DNA from: Trichoplax sp. H2
Taxonomy: Eukaryota
Assembly: GCA_003344405.1 (NCBI GenBank)
Contig: NOWV01000222.1
Span: forward strand, 1 to 64,000
Reading direction: 5' to 3'
Length of the DNA stretch: 64,000 nucleotides
The notes beneath the pieces are model-generated. The model did no database searches. It was not told where the DNA came from and saw only the letters and a program-made list of their open reading frames with translations. Positions 12,014 to 27,383 of this stretch are shown in pieces. The position numbers were made by a program, and so were the translations under genes. Position 1 is the first letter of the stretch, and every line of letters begins with the position of its first letter.

Positions 12014-15000
12014 CTGTAATAAAATGGTTGATAACAGTAATGGAACAGTATCAAAATGAATGCAATAGGAAGATGAGCCTAGAACAGAGTACTAGAATGG
12101 ACGGAAACGATCTTGCATACGAGAATTAATGTATAATGAGTACCCTACGATCATAATCACATATGTATTGGATATTATTCCAAGTATTGCACTTTTCATT
12201 GTTGTAGACGCAACTTACACGTTTATGGTAGTGTTAAAATATTGAAAAATAGATAGTTTGGGAGATTATTTAAAATTCTCTTTCAATTTCGTTACCACTC
12301 TTAACAAAGGGTAGTACGATACTAATTAGTTCTAAATTTTGATCGATAATTCATCTTTAGGCGATAGGTTTATTTACTCATTGGATCATAATTACCGGGT
12401 AAAGCAATTGATTTCGATATTATAATTTGTATTTAGAGTGTAATTAATGAAACAGCAAAATAGAAACTACGATGTCATCATGCTATAAAAACAAGGAAAG
12501 CACTATAAAATGCACTGCATTTCATTAGGATAGAAATGAAAGTAGATTTTTGAACTTGAAAAATTACATGTTTTACATTAGGGTAGGATGCGCTTTATCC
12601 CAGCCACTCAATACACTAATCAGAAGATAACCTTTTCCGACTAGTTCAATTGTTTGTGTCTGATTTTGGATGGCCATAGCCAGAAATACTCGTATTCCAT
12701 TCAATGAACAAAAATAAATTGGGGAATCTAAAATCGTTCTCTCTTGTATTCTAAATATAATTGGTGATATCATAAAAACAAAGTATTTATTGACAAATTC
12801 CCTCTTGCTGTTATAACATGATGTCATCTCTTTGAATACGTAAGTAATAAAAGTCATTATTTATGGAAAAAAATAGTTGAAAATTTTTCAATGTATGAAT
12901 TGGATACAGTTCAATTACGTTCAAAGAAAAATAATTATTTCTCCCGCTGGTGAATCGCTTGTATTCTCCTATTTCGCAACCTTTGTATTTTGTATTGTGT
13001 CATTATTTTAAACGTTTATCCTAGTCATAATAACAATCCTCCTGGAGAATATCAAATCATTTTTTTGAGTCGTTAATTATTTACTAAAAAATAAAAACTT
13101 TTGACAGTTTATTACCGGTTCCTATTACCATCATTGAAAACAATTTCATCTAAAGCTATCTAGATAATTTCAAGCGTTAAATCTAGTTAAAGTCTAGTTT
13201 GATATTATTGGATACCCTAAGAAAACTTTAACCCTTTATTGTATGCTCAATTGGATGAGTTTTCATAATCAACCCTGAAAAACTAATTATATCGTGCCGG
13301 TATCCATAGAAGGGGCAACGAATAAATACAAAAGCTACTGTCTTTATAATAATGTTGACTGGTTTTTTCATGCACAGAAGATTAGCGGAAGACTAATTTG
13401 TTTATATGCATCATTCACAGAGATATTTTACAATGCATCAATATACAGTAAACGTATACCCTCGGCTTAGCCCATGTTTATCGGCAATACCTAGCATTTC
13501 TACACTGAATAGCAATATCATACTAACATATTGCAATGCAGGCGATATAAAGTTATCATGTATTATTCAGGATTATGAAATAATATTTAATTTCATTATT
13601 TAACTGTCTCACGTTTTCACGGCTTTCATATCATTAGCCCCATACACGGAACCTAATACAGTTTCGATTAAATCAACTTCACTGTAACTTAGGTAGCTAA
13701 CTTAGTATACTAAATGTATCAACTATTTCAGAAACTGCAACTAACAATTTCCTTTTGTATTCGGCCAAGGATTGCTAATATCCGTTATAACGGCTTTTGA
13801 CACCAGTAAACAGCCCATACAAGAACAATTTAGTAGAAGCTACACGAACGGTATTATAGTACAGTATATCTGTTAAAATCTGGAAGTACGGGCATATCAA
13901 AATTTAGGTTATTATTTTCAGCTAACGATATCTAATCTACCAGTCTCAAATAGTCCGGTAATTGTTATGAAATCTTTCAAAAATTTTTCGGAAATAATAG
14001 ATATAGCAGGAAATTATAATTAATACTCATTTAATAGAGAAACTGTGAGTAATGTAATTTATAGTAGACTATTGCATAATGGGTGCAGGATTTGTTGCAA
14101 ACTTTCACTTTTCAGCTATTAGCAAAAACGGATAAGTATTTTAGAAATTGAGTCAAGAGATGTGTCAGTAATCGGTGAATTTTTCAAGTGATACAGCGTC
14201 AATGCAGCATGTCCCGAAAGTTTTACAGTCCTTTAACTATGTTGTATTTACAGTAATGCATTACGTTTATGCGGCACTATTTCTATATCACTAACGCTGT
14301 GCGTTACATATAGCTTAAATATAGATATTGCTGGTTTCTAAGGCAGAAGTAAAGTAATGACTTGCAGGTTTGCTATCGGGAAGTATAAGTTAGATAGTTT
14401 AACTAACTTAGGTCCACGAGTAAGATCCGCTTTTTAGGTTGTTTTTTTTAATTTAAGAAAGAGCCGCAAAAAAATATCAAGTGCTAAAATTTGTAGTTTG
14501 TTAAGCACAGAATCACTTACCGTAAGTCTACTAAATAAGGATTGTTTTACGATTATGACTAGCACTATATCGTATCTTAGGTGCATCTACTTTCCAAAAA
14601 TGAAACGAAAGATGTAATTTTTCCGTACCAATTTTAGTTACTTTATAAAATCTTTGTAACTGCGTTACTGACTAACTTTTGCGCAACTGCTATAACAAAA
14701 TTTTTATAAGATAACTTATCTAGGAATATGTTGATGATAATAGATCTGGGGCGTTATACACACTTTTAATAGACAACTGTATAGTTTTATAACACTATCA
14801 ATATATTGGTAATGAATGTATAAGTATATTTACTATAAATTGACAGATCTTTTCAATAAAGTTTGTGTTCAGTTCAGTCTGACGATGGAGATCGTCAGTA
14901 TTTAGAGTCGTTCTGTAGCAGATGTTGGGGAAAATAAACCTGACAGTAGACTTGAATTTTTGGTTTCCTGTAGTACAGTAGTCTATTTTATCATTGCTCC

Positions 15001-18000
15001 AAATTTCGATTTGTAACAGACTGATAACAAATACGAAAAGGACGATTGTTCTTAAATATGGACATTTAAATTGCTACCATTAATGTATCAAAGTATGGTA
15101 GTTTCTTGAGAGGCTAGAGTGGTTTAATTTTAGCTAGATCAAGAATATTATGGGCAAACTGAGACTCTAAAATATGACATTAATCAATATTTCAGAGTTG
15201 ATAGCCTATTTCATTAACAGTTTTTCAAGTTTAAAATTACTGCAATTTGGCTAGAACGTCATAAGTAGCAAGTTTATAATAATGACGAAAAACTTATTAT
15301 ACTTTTAAGCCCGGTTAAAGTTTTCCCTGCTGGATAATACTCAGCCTTGTGTCATTAATAAAGATATTTCATTTTGGTAGCGAGCTAAGATAGTCTTTTG
15401 ATAGATATCTGGCTGAGATGAGATATTGGCAATGATAGGAAAAGGCTAAAACTCTTCATGCAAGATTTTATATTAGAAATACTTTTTAATTTCAAAAGTT
15501 CTAACGCATACAGGCTTACAAGAATAATGCATGTAATTATCTATGACATGTTTCATAATTATAGTGACTATTTCGCGTGTAAACTTACCGAAAGTCACCG
15601 AGGCCATTGAGATCAATTCAAAAATAAAGATCATGACCTACATGAAATCTTCTAATTAGTATTTGATGTGATATATAAATGCTACTCAGATATTTTTAAC
15701 GTTAAATGCTAATCAATAGTTTTTAACAAGACTTCACTTATAAAGTTATAAAGAATTTAATATACAGTAGCATAGCAATCCATATTGATACGATCTAGCT
15801 TTATGGTACAATACTAAAAAGGAATCATAAGCCGGGCATTACGAAGAAATTAGCCTTACTTGTAGTTTAACCTTCAATTTCATTTCGTGCAGTAAAAGAT
15901 GTCTCTGATATTGTTATAACTTTTAGGCGATATGGAGTCTTGATGATTCTATTCTAGTCAGCAATTTAGATAAAATGATTGCTGATGGCGGCAATAAATA
16001 AGGAATAACAGCAAAATCTAGATTACGAACTTGAAATGGTTGATCGTCTCTAAATAATATATTTCTATATTTTCAATTATTCCACCGTTAAATTTGAAAA
16101 CGATGTGAATGACCTCTGTGTTTAGTTAAATTGCGATTAGAGTATGATGAATCTGATAATAAGTGTAAATGAGATAAACGTTTCATTAGTATTAGCATAG
16201 AAATCAAAATCGTTGATCTCTATATGAGGCAGAATGATCAATGAAGACATTAAAGAAGAAGTCATTGTACTAAGGCGAGAAATTTAGTCGTTTGATGAAG
16301 AAATAATTGCAATTAATCATGATTGTTATTGATATCATTATTTAGCTAATTATTGCAAATCAGTATTGTTAGAAAATTGAATGGTAATGCGATCAAGTAT
16401 GTAAAGTAATAAGGTATTGCAATACACAATTGAAAAGTTCACCAAATCAATAAAATAGATGTATTGACCTAGGATTGAATTTTTGTCGACTTTTCGAATG
16501 CAGCCTACCTAATATTTAATTTCATACCTATTGTTGTGTTCAGCACTATTAAAACTATTAATTGTTGCACCTGTGCAAATTTTCTATAATTAATATCATG
16601 TTTCCGTTATATAATAGAGCTATTAATGTCAACAATATGCCATCTACTTCATCGTGCATCCACGATAATACTAAATAGTTTCTCGCCTCCGCGTCGATCA
16701 TGCTGTCATGTTCTAATGTTTATACAAACAGTAACATAACTATAGCATCATGGTGAACATATTTATCTATATTGTTCTTTCATATCATACCATCATTGCA
16801 GTAAAATAAAGATTAAGTTCTTCTCAATACCAAAATTATAATTAGCAGTTAGGACAGCTCTTTGTACAAGGCGCTATCAATTCTATCACAATAGAATTGT
16901 CTAGATAAACCTTTAAATGTTGTATTTTAGGCTCAATCAAGGATCTTATTTATAATAAATAAACGACCTAGCCTATCCGATATTGTGTTTTGATAGAATA
17001 TTGGAGAAAGTTATAGTTAGTTCAAACTTGTCGGAAAATAATAATAATAGACAATGAAGTCGTAGCAAGCATTTCAATGCGTATTTTAATATATTAAAGT
17101 TCAAATTTTTCACTCCATAGTATTGAATATTCAAATTTGACTGATGTATTCATTAGCAATCAGCCGAATGGATGAAAACTGGTACTGCCCTCAACCTATA
17201 TTAATACTGTTTAAACAGTGACAACGTCATCTTCACGCGTTCATGTCTGTTTCCGATCTGGCGGAAAAATATAAAATAATTTGAATAACAATTTTAAAAT
17301 TGCATAAAAACAAGTACCGTATGTAATCTCATATTTTAAATCTTTGGTCACGTTGAAGATATTTTAGATTTTAATGGTTTACGGCGTCGTTCTATAGATA
17401 TAATTTAGGGAAATAAATATTAATTGCTCCGTATTTGTAGGTCAACGCAGAGCGGCAGAAATTTTAGAACCGTAATAATTGCGATATCTTTAAATTAACT
17501 TACGGTAAAAGTTGAGTAAAATCCTTTCAATTTCATACCGTAAGAGCATAAGTATACCATAGCGGTAGTTAAAAATATATATTTGAATATTTGTTAGAAA
17601 AGATTAATCTAACATTATTGCATACATCTTTTGAAATAAATAAACAAGATGTAAAATTGTTATCAAGATGATTGTTGCACGAAGATAAAAACCACTTCTG
17701 CAATGAAAAGGATCATGTTGTTTAAGTAGTCATATCTTGTTAATTGCATCATCGGAGTGCCAAAATTAGAAAGCTGACTGGTTATGAAAGCAATATTAAA
17801 TATACTGATTGCCTATTAGCGTTTTACTGGTCAGTTAAAGAGGCTAAGATAAAATGTGATTATTTTATTTGATAAAAAAACCAAAATTTACAGTCATCAT
17901 CAAGTACCTTCCTAAATAGAGGGTTTCTTTAATGATAAAGAGTCATACCTTATACGTAAAAGAGGTGATAGTTTGCTTTGCAATAAATGTACGATATTAT

Positions 18001-21000
18001 TTTAGGTTAAGGGTAATACGCGTAAGCCATAAAAACAATGCTCTTCGAGCAAAATAAATAACATGAATAGGCTATTATCTGCCAACAGACTTTACAGAAA
18101 TATCATATAATAGATCCTCGAACAATTTGATATTAGATATGAATAATTTTGATATCTATACTAGTTAACACTTTAATAATTTATATCTGAAAGTTTATTA
18201 CCATTCCTGGTACAAAGGTTTCTTCCATTAATGCAGAGACGATACTGAACCGATACTGTTACTGATTTCATCTAAATAGATATATGAAATAATGAATCAT
18301 TTGTGCGATTTCCTCGAATTTCGTTGAATCAACTTATAATCTCAATAGATTACTACATAGGCCGAAAAAATCTAAATTAAATTAGAATCGAAGTTTTTAC
18401 TATTTGAAATAGAAGAAATAGACAATTATTTTATCAACTTTGCAGGCCAAACTATATATGGCAATATTGAAGACAAAGTGAAAGTATCTTGAATTGCTCT
18501 GTAAATTATTACAATGTTATTAAAATCAAGAGCATTGAATTTCGTAAGTGGAGCCATAATTCATTTACACTGTTTTCATCCGTTGTGCATACTGTAACTA
18601 AGCGTTTTCGTAGTTTAAATACAAAACTAGTCAAACCTAATGAACTAAAATATACCAATTATAGCCTTATAAAATTGAAATTATGTATTAAATAGCAATG
18701 AATTATGGTCAATAAACTTTCACTTGACTACTCAAGTCGATATATCTTAATTTACTTCACTTGTCAATAAATTGTTATTTATTCATACCTTTTTTTAATT
18801 AGGATTCATCAAGCATATTCGGTACTTATGACGGCTAGATTATGCTCAAAATTCCATTACTTGTTCATTAATCTATTTTTAGGTTATGGGGCAATAAATT
18901 TAATATTGTAACATAGACTTTATTGTGAATATTTTAACTACATCTTGAGAAAAGATTCTGTAAGTCAATAGTAAAATGCAGTCTTATACTACTCTGTTAA
19001 GCCATAGAAAAAATTTATGATTTCTTAATGTTCTATTACTTAGATAGTCTAAATTCTGTCTATGTATGTGAAGACTTTTATTGGATTCGATCATGATAGA
19101 ATTACTCTTAGTATTTGCATTGTATGAATGTCTGTTTACCGTTAGAATAATACTAATTTTATGCTTCTATATTTTGTTTTATACTATTTTAATTTTACAA
19201 TTTAACGTTTCCAAACGATTCTTTTTAACTTATTACTTTGATCAAAATATTGATAACGTTACCTTCACTACTGTGTTTTTAAATTGTTTCTAGATTTGTC
19301 GTTATTTTAATAAATGGATCGTACAATTAACAAATAATTTAGTGTGAATTTATGTATATTAAAGCCTCACTACAGTTTAGTTGCCAAACGAATAGGTCTA
19401 AAATTGCTTATTCCAGAAAAGAAAATATTTATTAAATTTGTCTAAATTATACGATAGAAAACCATTGAGAATTAGAAAACTAAAACTATTTCCTTAAAAA
19501 TGAGATACGTATATGCAATAATTTTGTAAATTAGATACTGTACGGTAAATTATTTCTTATATCATCATAGCGATCTATTCATTTTTTAATGGACCAATTT
19601 GTCATTATTTCTTTAATACGTATTATAAATATAAAATCAATACCTCAAACTAATTGAAAGTAATGAGCTCTTAACTGCAAATCTTTCATATATTGGAGAT
19701 ATAAATGTAAAATCAATACTTCTTTAGTTGTGGATCCATTATATAATTATCATTTATACCAAATCTATCAGCTTTAACTTATTGCTGCTACTGCATGCTA
19801 TGAAGATCTATTAAAATTTTTCTATCCAATAGTCTTATGAAACAAGAAATTGGCTATGTCAAAATTTTTAACTTTATAACGTATTATTTGCAATATAGGT
19901 TGAGAGCACCAATTTATACTTTCTTCCTGAAAATTTGATTGAAAGACGGCAGTTTAAATTCTTACAAATATAATAGGCAGTATTCAGTTTCATGAAACGA
20001 AATGTAATATTTTAAAGATCTCTACCTTGAAATAGATACAGAAAATAAAGTTTTTTCCAGATCTATGATCAAATGCGAGGAAAAAATTCCGAAACGTACA
20101 ATAGATACCCCATAATTTCTAACAGCTGGAGAACATAATTAATTGATGCTAAAAAAAGTTTTCATAAGATCTCTCTATCTTTGAGGCAAAAGTGAGTGCT
20201 ATAACAATTAATTTTTGTAATCTTCTAAACTCATACTAATGATAAATTTAAATTATTTGAAACCTCTTTGAAAATAACATCTAGCTTAATTGATAAGTTA
20301 TTTAATAATTTAAAATTTGATATCTTCCAGCATTTTGTTACCTCATCCATTTTGCATGAAGGTTATGACTGCGCCATATCGCTAGGTCAAAATCTTGACC
20401 TAGATCGGCCAACATAAAGGTCGAGATAAAATTTTAAATACCATCACTGTAAAAAAAACTTGGAAAACGTCAGGGCTAAAAATATCCACTTAAAATTCGA
20501 GTGGTAATTGAAACTTAGTACTAATACATGTATAATGGAATTTAAAATAGTTATGAAAGTAACTATCTCCAATTTTGAGCCAGACTGACTTTTCGAATGA
20601 ATTAATGATCAATTTTTCGAAAAATTTCAAATGTACTTACTTATAAGGTCAGGACAGACTTGGATTAACAATACTGATCCAACACACTACTGCAGCTGGA
20701 TAGTAGTTTTAGAAACGTCATTAAAGTTACTTTAATGCTTATCTATACCTGATCGCGTATAGTTTTAACTTTGGCGCGCGGAAGGAGATTTTATGCAAGT
20801 TTTAAGTACGTAATAATTTTTAATTTAGTATAATATTGCTTCTTTATATCATTTTCAGAACTGCATTATACAACTTTTAGATTCTTATGCTCGTATAAGA
20901 AACCTAACGATATGATAATGAAGTCAATTTTTTAGTTTTTACTCTCAAACATTTGTATGTGGAATGAAGAAAGGATAATAATCTTATTTGACTGATCAAA

Positions 21001-21950
21001 TGGAAGCGATAGTGTGTTCAGTGCCTTTTAAATTTAGAAGTTTGTTGATATGTTAATCTTTAAATTAACTTAACGTATAACATATATATATATTTGTGTA
21101 CTCGTATAATAGAAAAAAACAAGCTTGACAATAAATTTCTCTATCGTGTCACTAATACTACTGTTTTTCTACCTTAATATTTATAATTAAAAAGATTTGA
21201 TTATTGATTGATCGCATAACTAGTTGACACGAACTGTGCTCTAGAAAAGGTATCAGTATCTCTATTATAAGACCTCAATTTTCTAATGCGCAAAATAATA
21301 ATACTTATTTTAAGAGAATAATCTTGAGTATTTTAGAATTGCAGTTGAATGAGGTCTTCTTTAATCTATTACCGAGAAAATATTGACCTGATAGATCGTA
21401 AATTTGGTAACTTATTGACCATCGCTATCTTATACATTCTTGCGTAAATTAATTACTGCAGTAGTTTCAAGTAATTACGGTAAACGGATTTTAAATCCTA
21501 AAAGTATGACTTTCTTACGTCTGACCTAACTAATGCATGTCCTACTCATGGAAATGTGATATATTTTCCGAACTGTATTTATTCACGCAATCATAGAATA
21601 ACATCTTGACACAGTTTGATCTCTCTTTTATTATATTTCATTTCGTTGGTAGCTAAGAATGAAATTCTGGCTATGCAATATCTAATTTAGCTAATTAGTA
21701 CGGTTATTAATCGGAGATAAAGTATAGTCTTCTACATATCATCACTATTAGAGAGCGATGGAATTTAAGATTAGCCACTAATTACATGGAATAAGTTCGA
21801 GATCTGAATTTACATATCTATGAAATAGAATCGTATAATCATTTTAATTAGATTAAAATGTTGCCCATAAACTCAATTTAAATAACCCTGAACTCTTATG
21901 CACAGACTATTAAAGTACTAGTAAGAGAAAAGCAACTTGCAAATGAGTTG

Positions 21951-22580
21951 TGTTACAGTGTTATATACTATATTACAGTAGAAATATCTATGTTAGGATA
22001 ATTCTATTAGACTATCCTTATTTAGTTAACTTCTAATTTGGATATACTGTGTTTTAATATAGTACTGACTTTTTATCACAGTGACACTTATACACATACT
22101 GAAATTAATAGTTATAATAGGGAATGCAAATCATCTACTTACAGTTCCAATCATTGTGATTGTAATTTACTTATGCTAGATTGTAAATTATCATGGAAAT
22201 GTTCCGTGATAGGACATATCGTAATCTGACTATTCTGTATTAGTCATTACATGTCTATTTTTGTAAATACTGTTGTCTGCATTAAGGGAGCAGTAGCTAA
22301 AATTAATATCTAATTCAGTAAATGATTCCAATGTTAATTGTATTAACTATGACTCATGAACTATTGAGAAGTAGTATATAAATGCAGTATATCGTGTAAT
22401 AAAGTAATTTCTCCAACTTAGTGTTTAACGTAAAATACGAGGCGTTTAAGTCTTTGTGTAGTCTGCTAGTAGAGCAAAAGTGTTTGTGATAGTGCAGATA
22501 TCGTTCCTTGATACGTGGTTCAAGGAATTGACTTATTGATCGTATATTGCGTTATCTTATTGCAAAGCTATTTTGCGACA
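21951..22580 (+). mobile_element. Solo-LTR-like element, family A (630 bp)
   Basis: TGTTACA...TGCGACA termini; TATATAAA at 22375, AATAAA at 22398; four other copies in the window. TSD imperfect (AGTTG/GTTAG). Confidence 0.8.
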
Positions 22581-23712
22581 GTTAGTAAAGGCACTTTAAG
22601 AGATGGTATAGTTATAAACGCTTTACTTGAAGAATTTGTTTCCTAAGTGAAAGATATGACTTTAGAACGCAAACATTCTTTAAGCAGGTTAGCTATTAGA
22701 AATTTGTGCATATTCTAGTTTAAAATTTATATTTAGACTTTAATTTTAAAGATAGCTTTAATAAGAAATGTTATTGTAACTGCATTCTATCTGACCAAAT
22801 TTTATTGGTACAAATAGAAAGATCAATCATTTCCAGAATACTGTCACTATTTGGCATTTCCGATGGATAGCCCTTTATTACCTATGTGCAGATATAATAC
22901 AACATCAATTACCAAACAATATAACTTGTGGTAATAATAAGTATTGAACTATTTCTTGATCAACTGTATATAAATTATTACAAGTGTTCTTGCTCTACAT
23001 TATCTATTTTAAGATTAAATATTGTTACTAGAACAATCTGAATATATTCAGATGCATGGAACAATTCCTGAAAGATAACATACTTCCAGAAATTCCGAAA
23101 TTCCGTCATAAATCGCCTATTTTATTTGATAAAAGATCAAAGTTATTGTAACAAGAACAAGAATTATATTTAAAATATGGAATTGCTCAGAAATGTCAAA
23201 TAAGTTGTTCAGAAAAAAAGATTTAGAGTTATATTTACAGCTGAAAAAAAGTTATTTATCGATTGCAGCAGTTATGTACGAATATACTCGTAATGATACA
23301 AATTACATACCCGTACTAATAGTTTATAATATTTTCGAAAATAAATTAATTTGCCTAGAAAGGAGTCTTATCACCAGTAAATTTTAGATCATAATTAAAT
23401 TTTTATAATTTCGTAAGTTAATTGATGATTTGATGTATTACAGTAGGATAATTAGCTTAAAATTAAAGCTATGGGATAAAACGAAAATAGTCCAGGTTTG
23501 TATGTTTGATTGGAAGATTTCGCAAATATCAATTTCTAGACGGCAATTACGGTACGTTTTTATGGTGACAGTTTTTACAGCAATTATTGGATTAGGATAT
23601 TGATTACAGGAAGTAAATTAGTAATGAAAGGCATCTGCCATAGCGCTTATATTATGGGAATGTAGTTATAAATAGGTCATGCAGTAGCAAATTCATTTTT
23701 AATCTTGCCATA

Positions 23713-24342
23713 TGTCACAAAACAGCTTTGCAACAAGATAACGTAATCTACGATCAATAAGTCAATTCCTTGAACTACGTATCAAGGAACGATATCTGCA
23801 CTATCACGAGCACTTTTGCTCTACTAGCAGACTACACAAAGACTTAAACGCCTCGTATTTTACGTTAAACACTAAGTTGGACAATTCTTCTTTATTTCAC
23901 GATATACTGCATTTATATACTATTCCTCAATAGTTCATGAGTCATAGTTAATACAATTAACATTAGAATCATTTACTGAATTAGATATTAATTTTAGCTA
24001 CTGCTCTCTTAATGCAGACAACAGTATTTACGAACATAGACATGTAATAACTAATACAGAATAGTCAGATTACGATATGTCCTATCACGGAATATTTCCA
24101 TGATAATTTACAGTCTATCATAAGTAAATTACAATCACAATGATTCGAACTGTAAGCAGATGATTTGCATTCCCTATTATAACTATTATAATTTCAGTAT
24201 GTGTATAAGTGTCACTGTCATAAAAAGTCAGTGCTATATTAAAATACAGTATATCCAAATTAGAAGTTAACTAAATAAGGATAGTCTAACAGAATTATCC
24301 TAACATAGTTATTTCTACTGTAATACAGTATTTAACACTGTA
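23713..24342 (-). mobile_element. Family A solo LTR (runs into gap)
   Basis: Reverse-complement copy of 21951-22580; left flank CCATA. Confidence 0.8.
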
Positions 24343-24362
24343 NNNNNNNNNNNNNNNNNNNN
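24343..24362. other. Assembly gap (20 N)
   Basis: Seen directly. Confidence 0.99.
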
Positions 24363-24945
24363 AAAAGATTTAGAGTTATATTTACAGCTGAAAAAAAGTT
24401 ATTTATCGATTGCAACAGTTATGTACGAATATACTCGTAATGATACAAATTACACACCCGTACTAATAGTTTATAATATTTTCGAAAATAAATTAACTTG
24501 CCTAGAAAGGAGTCTTATCACCAGTAAATTTTAGATCATAATTAAATTTTTAAATTCGCAAATATCAATTTCTAGATGGCAATTACGGTACGTTTTGTAT
24601 GGTGACAGTTTTTACAGCAATTATTGGATTAGGATATTGATTACAGGAAGTAAATTAGTAATGAAAGGCATCTGCCATAGCGCTTAAATTAGGGAATGTA
24701 CTTATAAATAGGTCATGCAGTAGCAAGTTCATTTTTAATCTTGCCAAATAATTATCAGGATTGTTTCTCTAAGAATAATCCCGTAACTAATTTTTTTAAG
24801 AGGTAATTAGATTGACTGATGGATTTAGTCTTTGGTATTTATTAGATGAATAAAATTTATACAGAAAGTTGCAACCTCACAAGAAATTGTAGTACTTATT
24901 GTAATACTGCAAAGACTGCCTTAACTATCCTTGTACAACAGGAAA
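24363..24945. repeat. Local duplicate: copy of 23216-23712 (with about 115-bp deletion) joined to a copy of 26933-27128
   Basis: Near-identical sequence adjacent to 20-N gaps; contains the empty site of a family A insertion. Confidence 0.85.
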
Positions 24946-25266
24946 TAACTCGGTACTTATAGCAAATTTACTTCAATTTGTAAGACTACTACCCCAACCT
25001 TCGTTAACCAGGATCTTTACAAAGTATACACTAATACATACAACATAGGATGAGATGTTTTACCCTCTTTATTGATCATTATCCCACTTATATATTCTAT
25101 TTATTGTAATATACACATTTACTACGTTAGATATATGTTTTTAATAAATTATCAAGCTTAAGTTATCATAGATAGGTATTTGAGATGACCAATCTCATCC
25201 ATAACTTTTCTCAACTACAAGCTTTGTCAAAGCTCCTATATTTTAAATACATAATTGGGATATAAT

Positions 25267-25708
25267 TGTCATAAACCAGCTTCGTGACAAGGATAACGTT
25301 AAACAAATTTCTAAATTACTATAGTCTACGGGATTCAGTATTCCTTAACTACCTCACAAGAATTTAGACGCCTTTGATTCTACGTTAAACTCAACTAGAC
25401 AATTGAGAACTGCTTTATTCAACTATCTGACGGGCTTATATACCCTTCTACAGCAGCTAACATTTACAAGCTATCTTATAAAAATACTTAAGTGAGAACA
25501 TCTACTAACTAGTTTTTCACAGTCGGACTGCAATATGTCCATTCACAGAATCATTTCAGTGCACATTACAGCACAGCATTAAATTTACTGTAACACATTT
25601 ATAATTAGAGTAATTCCTATTGTAAGGAACTAGATGTAATATATTATCACTATATTATATTAACCAAATTTAGATATCTATTTCTTCACGGTAGTTCGTA
25701 CCGTAACA
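25267..25708 (-). mobile_element. Solo-LTR-like element, family B (about 440 bp)
   Basis: TGTCATA...CCGTAACA; near-identical to 49185-49627 and to the reverse complement of 29075-29511. TSD degenerate (ATAAT/ATTAC). Confidence 0.8.
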
Positions 25709-26296
25709 ATTACTATCCTATGATAGTTTCCTTGTGCAATACTGCCCCAAATATAGACTAGACTGCAACCCAAGATTTACCAGAAATATCCTGATTGCAG
25801 TTCGATTGTCTTTGTTAGTTGTAAGATGAACGTAATCGTATGTAATAAAAAGAAATTTATAAGAAACTGTAGTTCTTGTTATATTTTTGAAAAGACACTT
25901 TATCACATCTTGTTAACATCCTAAAGCAGCCGTTTATACTTATAACAGGTTCAAAAAATATCATCTTGATAAATATGAAAACACTAAATCTACATGCACA
26001 ATTATAATTAAGAAATTATATCCAATATATCGATAGTATCGTACTAGTACATAGTTTTGCTATATGTTCAGTAAAACAAGGCCTACAAAATAAGCGGCCA
26101 GCTCATTCTATCAGTTATTGACCGCGTCTTATCCTTTTTTCACTTGTCGAGTAGCCCTTACCCGTAGCAATATAATTGTTGATATAGTATGATACTTTGG
26201 GAAATTGCATTCCTGAAACATATTGCAATATTATTTATGCATGGATTACAAAAAGTAAAATAGGAAAACATTTAGTCTAAGACTATTGTAGATGAC

Positions 26297-26927
26297 TGCC
26301 ACAAAACAGCTTTGCAACAAGATAACGCAATATACGATCAATAAGTCAATTCCTTGAACCACGTATCAAGGAACGATATCTGCACTATCACAAACACTTT
26401 TGCTCTACTAGCAGACTACACAAAGACTTAAACGCCTCCTATTTTACGTTAAACACTAAGTTGGAGAAATTCTCTTTATTTCACGATATACTGCGTTTAT
26501 ATACTATTCCTCAATAGTTCATGAGTCATAGTTAATACAATTAACATTAGAATCATTTACTGAATTAGATATTAATTTTAGCTACTGCTCCCTTAATGCA
26601 GACAACAGTATTTACGAACATAGACATATAATGACTAATACAGAATAGTCAGATTACGATATGTCCTATCACGGAACATTTCCATGATAATTTACAATCT
26701 AGCATAAGTAAATTACAATCACAATGATTGGAACTGTAAGTAGATGATTTGCATTCCCTATTATAACTATTAATTTCAGTATGTGTATAAGTGTCACTGT
26801 CATAAAAAGTCAGTGCTATATTAAAATACAGTATATCCAAATTAGAAGTTAACTAAATAAGGATAGTCTAACAGAATTATCCTAACATAGTTATTTCTAC
26901 TGTAATACAGTATTTAACACTGTAACA
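26297..26927 (-). mobile_element. Family A solo LTR (chimeric copy)
   Basis: Full-length copy with non-matching flanks ATGAC / CCATA. Confidence 0.8.
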
Positions 26928-27128
26928 CCATATAATTATCAGGATTGTTTCTCTAAGAATAATCCCGTAACTAATTTTTTTAAGAGGTAATTAGATTGAC
27001 TGATGGATTTAGTCTTTGGTATTTATTAGATGAATAAAATTTATACAGAAAGTTGCAACCTCACAAGAAATTGTAGTACTTATTGTAATACTGCAAAGAC
27101 TGCCTTAACTATCCTTGTACAACAGGAA

Positions 27129-27148
27129 NNNNNNNNNNNNNNNNNNNN
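27129..27148. other. Assembly gap (20 N)
   Basis: Seen directly. Confidence 0.99.
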
Positions 27149-27383
27149 TACAATCTAGCATAAGTAAATTACAATCACAATGATTGGAACTGTAAGTAGA
27201 TGATTTGCATTCCCTATTATAACTATTAATTTCAGTATGTGTATAAGTGTCACTGTGATAAAAAGTCAGTACTATATTAAAACACAGTATATCCAAATTA
27301 GAAGTTAACTAAATAAGGATAGTCTAATAGAATTATCCTAACATAGATATTTCTACTGTAATACAATATATAACACTGTAACA
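27149..27383 (-). mobile_element. Family A solo LTR, partial (starts at gap)
   Basis: Matches 26688-26927; right flank ATAAC. Confidence 0.8.

Noticed and set aside
12573..12857. 94-aa minus-strand ORF as the first exon of paralogue 1
   Set aside because: No convincing signal peptide or phase-1 donor identified.
21951..24342. Two inverted 630-bp repeats as terminal inverted repeats of one DNA transposon
   Set aside because: The same unit occurs alone with its own TSD (48267-49764), the outer flanks do not match, and the interior is LRR-relic sequence rather than transposase.
22038..27296. Repeated 63-aa ORF MDIL(C/Y)FNI.LTFY.SDT as a small gene family
   Set aside because: It lies within family A LTR copies, starts at TTG, and is broken in other copies.
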